Shown here piece after piece: positions 60,601-64,000 of a stretch of 64,000 bases of DNA (the first letter of the stretch is position 1; every line of letters starts with the position of its first letter). Under the pieces are notes generated by a model. That model saw only the letters and a program-made list of their open reading frames with translations, had not been told where the DNA came from and made no database searches. Source of the stretch: Candidatus Aenigmatarchaeota archaeon (lineage in GTDB: Archaea > Aenigmatarchaeota > Aenigmatarchaeia > QMZP01); NCBI GenBank assembly GCA_043824495.1, contig JBDRSV010000010.1:32001-96000 (forward strand), read 5' to 3'. The position numbers and the translations under genes are program-made.

Positions 60601-63600
60601 TTTATGTCAAGGACTCGCAGAACACACTCTGGATAAATAGTAATATCACTTTATTCGGGAAAGTTGTCTGGCAAAACACAACAGTCAGGTTCAATGGAAC
60701 TGGAACAGACGGAAGTGTTGGGTTAAAAGTGATTTCTCCGGGAAACCTTACAATAAACCAAAGCTCTAACATCACGAACGGCGTTGATCCAAACTATAAT
60801 TATTTCTTCATTGTGGAGAGTGGAACCAATTTCTCAATGAAAGATTCTCATTTAAGTTATGCTGGGTGGGGTGATTCACAGGGAATAAGAGGACTTGAGT
60901 TACATGTCAATCCAGATAATTTTTCTGGAAATAATTTAACTAATAATTTTTATGGAGTTTCTCTTTATGCAAATAGTAGTTTGGTGCAAGGAAATAACAT
61001 AAGTAATAATTTTAGGGGAATTTATTTGGGGACTTCGCATAATATTATTTCGGATAACATATTAAATTATAATGGGGATGTTGCGATTCTTTCATTTGTA
61101 ATGCATATTGAAAATAACACTATTTCAAATAACATTGTTGATTATAATGGTTTTGGATTGGTTATTTTTGAGGATTTTGATTATGTTATTTTTAATAATA
61201 GTTTTAGTAATAATGTGAATGGAATATATGTTTTTGGGGGATTGGGGGGAGATTTTGTAAGAGACCATATTGTTTCCTATAATGTAATTAATAATAATTC
61301 AGAATTTGGAATTGGTGCTACTAGTAGTAATGCTGGTTTTCTGAATTCTGTGTTTTATAGAAATGTTTTGAAGAATAATTACATTGGAATTGATTCTGGA
61401 AATAGTATGAACAACAATCTTATATGGGATTCAGTTATTGAAAATAGTTCATATTTAGATTTTCGAATGATAGGTGTTTCAAAAGATAATACATTTCTTA
61501 ATACAACTTTTAATAATAGTCATGTTTCTGTTATAGATACGGCTTATATTATAGTCCAATGGTATTTAGATGCGAATGTGATGGACGAGGATTTGCTTTC
61601 TTTGTCTGGGGCTAATGTCTCTGGCCAGAATACAACAAATTCTTTGATATTCTACAATTTAACAAACTCCTCAGGAAGCGTGTATAGGTTCAATGTGACA
61701 GATTTCATAAAAAGAAGCGGAAGTGCTGATAACTGGAACAACTACACAATAAACGTAAGCTTGTATGGTTACATTCCACATTCAGAAGAAATTAACATAT
61801 CTAAAAGCACAGTAATGGACATATTATTATACAGAAAACCACCAGAGGCTGTGTTCGTTCCTCCAACACCAGAAAACGGAACCAGGACAATAGGAAACAT
61901 TGTTAACATAAACGCTACATTAGATGCCTTTGGGCATCAGCTAGATTCTTCTGTACTTGAATGGGACAATGGAACAGGCCCTCAGAATTATACAATGAGT
62001 ATTGATTCTGAAGTCTCTTCTATATCCATGCAAGTGAATGATGGAGTTGAGTATACATATAAAATCTATGCGAATAACACAAACGGAAATACGGGAAACA
62101 ATAGTTTGAGGACGAATATGGAAAATACTCAACCAACACAAACAGATCCAATTATTATTCCTGCAAAACCTTTAACATTTGATAATTTCACATGTTATAA
62201 TCAAAGTACTTCAGATGCAGAATCAGATAACGTGACAAATGTTTATAACTGGAAAGTTGATGAAGAGCCTATAGCTGTTCTGAATATGCCATTCGAAAAT
62301 AGGAGAGATTCTAATTACACATACAGTGATATTGTTACGGATTATTCTGGTTTCGGAAATGACGGAATCATTGGTGGAGGATATTATGGTAACATGTCAA
62401 ATTGGACACAGTTTGGAATAATTGGGGGAGCATACAATTTCACTCATGGTAACATTACTATACCTCAGAATTCTTCTTTGGTTTTCTATGACGGATTTAG
62501 CATTGAAGCTTGGATATATCCAGACACAGTTTCGGGAATAAAATATATTTTTACTAATTATCCTGGAGGAAGTTTGTTTGATGGTTTAGTCGTTCTTAAT
62601 AGAAACGGTGATAACATTAAATTTGGTTTAGACACTTCTTCGTGTACTTACTATAATTTTGATGGTAATTTTGTTTTAACACCTGGAAACTGGTATCATG
62701 TAGTTGCAGTGGTTTACAACGCAGATAATATGAGTCTTTTTGTGAATGGGAATTTTGATAATAGCATATCATTTAATAGTAATAACTGTGCTCCTTACAT
62801 GGATCAGACAAGTAAAAATTACTCTATTGGAAACACGATCGGAATAGGACCAAATAATTTTGATGGTCTTATTGATAATTTTGTGATTTATAATAGAAGT
62901 TTAAGTCCAGAACAAATAGCCTTTAATTACCATCAAGGTATAAGTGAATTCTCAAATTCCACAATTACTTCTAGTGAAATACTTCCAGGACAGAATTGGA
63001 CATGTGAAGTCACACCTGTGGACTCTTATGAAAGTGGTGTTATGCTGAACAATATCACAACAATAAACACCCCTCCATTTATACAGGGTGTTAATCTGAT
63101 ACCAGATGGTGCATTCACAAATGATACAATTACATGCAACTTTAGTGCGAATGACGATCAAGAAGTAGATGATATTTATGTAAATGTTACCTGGTGGAGA
63201 GATGTTGGGAATGGCTTCGAAGAGTGGCACCATGACGATGAAAATAACTTACTTGTTTATAATAGTGAATCGACGAGAGGCGATATGAATATGGACGATG
63301 AAGTGAATCAGACGGACGTTGAAAATCTGACTGCATATCTTTTCGGTGGTGGAGGAGAACCTCAACCTCCAGGCGTTGCAGACCTCGATGGTAGTGGACA
63401 AATTGATGCCTTAGACCTGGGAGCTCTAGTCGACATTATCTACAAAGTGTATACAACAACATCTATTGGTGATATAGAAGATGAGAAGACGTTCCATGAT
63501 CAAATATGGAAATGCTCTGTAACTGCTTATGACGGTGGTGAATGGTCTGGATGGACGAACTCCAGTCCAGTCACAATAATAAACTATACGTCAGCTCTGC

Positions 63601-64000
63601 AAATAGAACATGATTTTGCCCCTTTAATAAATAAAATGGTTTACTTCAGAGCCAACTACTCGAGCTATCAGATAGGAAATATAGGAAGAATTTTATGGAA
63701 TTTAAGCCAATTAAGTAGCGGGCTTAAAGCAGTTTCCCTTATAGACTTGGATAGAGACAAAATCAAAAATGATATTGTTGCCTTTAGCAACATATCGGGT
63801 CAGCAAAGTCATCTATATGGTTATTATTATAACGGCAGTCAGAAATTTGATGTGACATTATGGAGACAGGAGCCTATAGAAATTGAATCTGGTAACATTT
63901 TGGGTAGTATTGAAGATCAGTCTGTGATAGCATTTATTGATGGATCAATAAGTGTGTATGATGGTATTGGTTCGCAGAGATGGACATCTGATGCGCCACT
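54696..64000 (+). CDS. Giant secreted multidomain S8 protease/adhesin (>3100 codons, runs off the window)
   Basis: Signal peptide, CDGLDNNCDG repeats, subtilase triad (LDTG, HGT, GTS), Cys-rich repeats, beta-helix repeats, LamG-like and dockerin-like motifs. Its absence from the ORF track is consistent with no stop before the edge. Confidence 0.85.
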   Translation, partial: MKYAILVGIILTLVIYAISPITINSQACSDGQIKPCGSNIGACSSGFQTCSAGIWGTCDGGIGPGAEVCDGLDNNCDGKIDEKFDRDGDGYTSCSQPQDCDNVNPKINPEAKETCDGVDNNCNGLVDEECPCVAGETRACGSNIGACQSGVRICSDGQWGACEGNIKPQEEACNSIDDDCDAETDEDGVCIALECQDGETRSCGSNIGICKAGIRTCVSGSWSDCTEDIKPQEEICDNLDNDCDSIVDEGCKQPSQPTKPTTPTKPAADTEKVHQVVLDEISSKAESRVIVKFKETPKSLNIKQTDFKNIRTVDKYQSGVVNKNGLDSLLIDPDIAEILPDQEVNLLLTESIPLIHADLQNYNLGLTGSGQTVCILDTGVDYNIITNYKSGYDFINNDDDPMDDHGHGTQVAYIIQSVAPGSEIIAAKVIDSSGNGYESDVLQGLQYCIDQGADIISFSIGSGEYSGLCDANPVAELVNDAVSQEIFVVAATGNDGSINFKAPSCASKVLSVGSTNKQNIISSFSNVREDLGVFAPGVDIVTKTIGGDDISLSGTSASVPFVSGAAALVLENETLAPLDLRYRFASTGLPILYNEINISRLDVYNAVLNISTMIPYGGELNQSNIIEVNETNFTTLAVPVVSLILPADETYYGSALQDVPFQCYVTDTAEGGVPAGINQISLYTSFDGGAYSLKDTIILAPLLSDLPNYVNNSDGTFTTNYQPPNGTSEKDTFLYWAGTYDFSSSDSLYVAGGQAKWISQPLLEFDLSGFPQGMVVQNANLRMVKKSGTTSFGTQIRRISDSWINGNLTQPYPRDSGSDYASGTIPLSGGDVVIYDVTELVQEWIDGTYPNYGLKIVYTYYTGVSAYLYSAEESIANRRPKLEITYDVDPTYTADFQLDNVVTGSYKWYCSAKDIAGGNSNSVTPFDFYVGKCEKGTDCPSGLCVNDSLGVGRCGDSCDIYDGYGCSDDAILLSSGLGTCSNDGCRDIPFVSMDCGTGDACVKGTDTATSVPTTGSCYGNPQIGDSCDSIVGGDFSQDGIVAYGLSNNLCSCETESISNCVYSTGSSVIPVASCNYVGAPEGSVCNEPPYVGDFYFASTKKLDSDGTKHCVDCGTGVIDDDGSGTCERACDLTISNTYCDEKNPGYKYCSINNIIESECGEANFCTYLTSGGSIGQCSSVPPPNSDGDCNANSNCDGKEPGGWWCSLDSKVTVACTSACQVVDADDIGECESNNSYNTFCNAAPECDELISGGYWCDANNLISSGCGSSCGYTTTGTPGSGLCESTNSYNTCAADPLCDGNVPGEINNCGNDPFLDKCSSTCLAEDRGDNICTSNAGWSCTADAGCNLESPDACPDIDTYCTDICGYEDRDDSLTACTATGVGCVAGYSWEVGTPTSQCCGDDGISDDWDADNFTGITNACYNGNLIFPGTPVGTLLVDDYGKLYDCGDQVPFLEDQGVAESIVIDCEGYDSGGSTFYCDTDTFEWIVGKLPRTCICTNGNQCKSTYCVDNNNNGVNATCQNSCNGGFDGYMCSNDTNDFNTVGGGVCAVNGGWICDKGEVALGTTDYKQDCFYALGGDPTLTTQCDRNVSDTGETLGYVAESICTYSTGTPAANNMDCDLDNEVCRDSSNRYRADCSNCGSTLENDCDTDGGTSYSANGVCVLDSNNCDSYEVCFDDSYYRDDCNKCSVLASDVDSCDYGSISGGNYVADGYCVAGGGCATGIVRAYGNPLTLGWGCTDGGGEQCDSDANGNENSNDWVTNSAEGLCVYTGLGVEFGDCEIGDVCFDGAVYRGDLVNNCEDGWGCEFRNLESTIYSREGYVCNSESLGCVVDGSRTEAQRCCQNDNCAGGVPSCVDSGIVDEIYYKGCCALTTDCSGPTQCYSDTEIYYGTLNNYYCYVGAWINKTQYNTCTPSGSFVDLVIDQPGIICSGVIIDIASLTVKNEGELTLLDESELIVGNVTIEEGGSFYVKDSQNTLWINSNITLFGKVVWQNTTVRFNGTGTDGSVGLKVISPGNLTINQSSNITNGVDPNYNYFFIVESGTNFSMKDSHLSYAGWGDSQGIRGLELHVNPDNFSGNNLTNNFYGVSLYANSSLVQGNNISNNFRGIYLGTSHNIISDNILNYNGDVAILSFVMHIENNTISNNIVDYNGFGLVIFEDFDYVIFNNSFSNNVNGIYVFGGLGGDFVRDHIVSYNVINNNSEFGIGATSSNAGFLNSVFYRNVLKNNYIGIDSGNSMNNNLIWDSVIENSSYLDFRMIGVSKDNTFLNTTFNNSHVSVIDTAYIIVQWYLDANVMDEDLLSLSGANVSGQNTTNSLIFYNLTNSSGSVYRFNVTDFIKRSGSADNWNNYTINVSLYGYIPHSEEINISKSTVMDILLYRKPPEAVFVPPTPENGTRTIGNIVNINATLDAFGHQLDSSVLEWDNGTGPQNYTMSIDSEVSSISMQVNDGVEYTYKIYANNTNGNTGNNSLRTNMENTQPTQTDPIIIPAKPLTFDNFTCYNQSTSDAESDNVTNVYNWKVDEEPIAVLNMPFENRRDSNYTYSDIVTDYSGFGNDGIIGGGYYGNMSNWTQFGIIGGAYNFTHGNITIPQNSSLVFYDGFSIEAWIYPDTVSGIKYIFTNYPGGSLFDGLVVLNRNGDNIKFGLDTSSCTYYNFDGNFVLTPGNWYHVVAVVYNADNMSLFVNGNFDNSISFNSNNCAPYMDQTSKNYSIGNTIGIGPNNFDGLIDNFVIYNRSLSPEQIAFNYHQGISEFSNSTITSSEILPGQNWTCEVTPVDSYESGVMLNNITTINTPPFIQGVNLIPDGAFTNDTITCNFSANDDQEVDDIYVNVTWWRDVGNGFEEWHHDDENNLLVYNSESTRGDMNMDDEVNQTDVENLTAYLFGGGGEPQPPGVADLDGSGQIDALDLGALVDIIYKVYTTTSIGDIEDEKTFHDQIWKCSVTAYDGGEWSGWTNSSPVTIINYTSALQIEHDFAPLINKMVYFRANYSSYQIGNIGRILWNLSQLSSGLKAVSLIDLDRDKIKNDIVAFSNISGQQSHLYGYYYNGSQKFDVTLWRQEPIEIESGNILGSIEDQSVIAFIDGSISVYDGIGSQRWTSDAP

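Noticed and set aside
54726-63233. Many short minus-strand ORFs in the track, and similar antisense ORFs elsewhere
   Set aside because: They are shadows of long, motif-bearing genes on the opposite strand.
1-64000. CRISPR array or cas operon suggested by the Cas4-like gene
   Set aside because: No regularly spaced repeats or other cas genes were seen.

Overview
A 64 kb piece of an AT-rich archaeal chromosome. The fused PriS-PriL primase, archaeal ribosomal/exosome/proteasome genes and giant surface proteins point to a DPANN-type organism (inference). Core blocks: SRP54-aIF2a-rps27e-rpl44e-GINS-primase; LeuRS; Hel308; Orc1/Cdc6; aIF5B (infB); SerRS; the proteasome-exosome superoperon; aCPSF1/PsmB. 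The window ends inside a >3100-codon secreted multidomain subtilase. The main discovery is a set of bulge-helix-bulge (BHB) mini-introns. A diversity-generating retroelement (target 39624-40478, VR 40225-40329, TR 40798-40943, RT ~40970-42051) has a template repeat interrupted by two 20- and 21-nt inserts. Each insert forms a BHB motif whose predicted tRNA-endonuclease cuts regenerate exactly the VR-colinear sequence, which suggests a DGR template RNA that has to be spliced. A third, 23-nt BHB intron interrupts the G1 P-loop codons of infB, directly beside a free-standing LAGLIDADG-like nuclease gene. tRNA-Gly(GCC) carries a 50-nt T-loop BHB intron. A second accessory region (25.6-33 kb) is an integron-like cassette array with attC-like sites. 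It is served by a Xer-type recombinase lacking the IntI-specific insertion and is preceded by a catalytically dead paralog and several toxin-antitoxin pairs. All calls come from reading the sequence by eye; no searches or folding programs were run.
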